A DNA stretch of 64,000 bases. Source: Longimicrobiales bacterium. Lineage in GTDB: Bacteria > Gemmatimonadota > Gemmatimonadetes > Longimicrobiales > Gaopeijiaceae. The notes beneath the pieces are model-generated. The model was not told where the DNA came from and did no database searches. It saw only the letters and a program-made list of their open reading frames with translations. Of this stretch, positions 63,380 to 64,000 are shown piece by piece (the first letter of the stretch is position 1; each line of letters starts with the position of its first letter). Position numbers and translations under genes: made by a program. Location of the stretch: NCBI GenBank assembly GCA_965198065.1, contig CBDAON010000004.1:800001-864000 (forward strand), read 5' to 3'.

Positions 63380-64000
63380 TGACCTGACCCGCTGAAACGA
63401 GACCAGGTGCAATGTTAGGATCGACCTGGTCCGAAGCTTTTCAGCGAGGAGGTCAGGATGGGAAGGAAGCGACACACTCCGGAGCAGATCATCACTGCAG
63501 TGCGGGAGGCAGAGGTCGGTCTGGCCGGCGGCAAATCCGTGAAGCTGATCAGGGGGGAGCTCGGCATCACCGAGCAGACGTACTACCGGTGGAGGCGGGA
63601 GTACGGCGGGATGAAGGTGAGCCAGGCACGGCGCCTGAAGGAGCTCGAGCGCGAGAACGGGCGCCTGAAGCGAGCAGTGGCGGACTTGACACTGGACAAG
63701 CTGATCGTGGAGGAAGCGGCCAAGGGAAACTTCTGAGCCCCGAGGGCCGACGACGTTGTGTGGTGCGTGTACGTCAGCAGCTCGGGGCGTCGGAGAGGAG
63801 AGCGTGCCGGGTGCTCGGGCAGCCACGCACGACCCAGCGCGGGGCGAGGAAAGTGGCGAGTGACGAGGGGGCGCTCCGAGGTGATATCGTGCGACTCGCG
63901 AGTCGATTCGGCCGCTACGGCTAGCGACGCGTCACGGACACGCTCCGCATCGAGGGCTGGGGGGTGAAGCACAAGCGGGTGGAGCGGATCTGGAGGCAGG
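63380..64000 (+). mobile_element. IS3-family insertion sequence (partial; runs off the window)
   Basis: Starts TG... (left end approximate); orfA 63458-63736; slippery G GGA AAC at 63724-63730; orfB ASERRACRVLGQPR...RYG*RR. Confidence 0.88.
63458..63736 (+). CDS. IS3 transposase OrfA
   Basis: HTPEQII...GITEQTYYRWRREYGG...RLKELERENGRLKRAVADLTLDK. Confidence 0.92.
   Translation: MGRKRHTPEQIITAVREAEVGLAGGKSVKLIRGELGITEQTYYRWRREYGGMKVSQARRLKELERENGRLKRAVADLTLDKLIVEEAAKGNF

Noticed and set aside
1..64000. CRISPR arrays, cas genes, rRNA, complete tRNAs, defence systems
   Set aside because: I saw no regularly spaced repeats or diagnostic motifs by eye; a dedicated search was not possible.

Overview
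High-GC bacterial chromosomal window. Gene content and order (mglA-like GTPase after recR, DUF4159, bshB1) suggest Gemmatimonadota; this is inference, not established. Most of it is housekeeping: sigma factor, lepB, NtrX-like regulator, pntAAB, iscS-mnmA, dnaJ/grpE, recR-ybaB-dnaX, smc, rplI, ychF, hppA, pth-rplY-prs. Many genes carry single-base frameshifts, several in G/C runs, most likely assembly indels. Notable features: (1) a cobalamin riboswitch controlling btuB, a DUF6580-like membrane protein, and a BtuF-like protein that has no signal peptide and is fused to a 4-Cys domain, with no btuCD; (2) a single in-frame rpsF-rpsR (S6-S18) fusion behind a candidate S6:S18 leader RNA; (3) a ~7 kb decayed island flanked by a duplication of the ychF 3' end, carrying a periplasmic metal/redox module; (4) an SRP RNA whose GNRA tetraloop is replaced by UCGCC; (5) a 3'-half tRNA-Gln att site followed by an IS3 element at the right edge.
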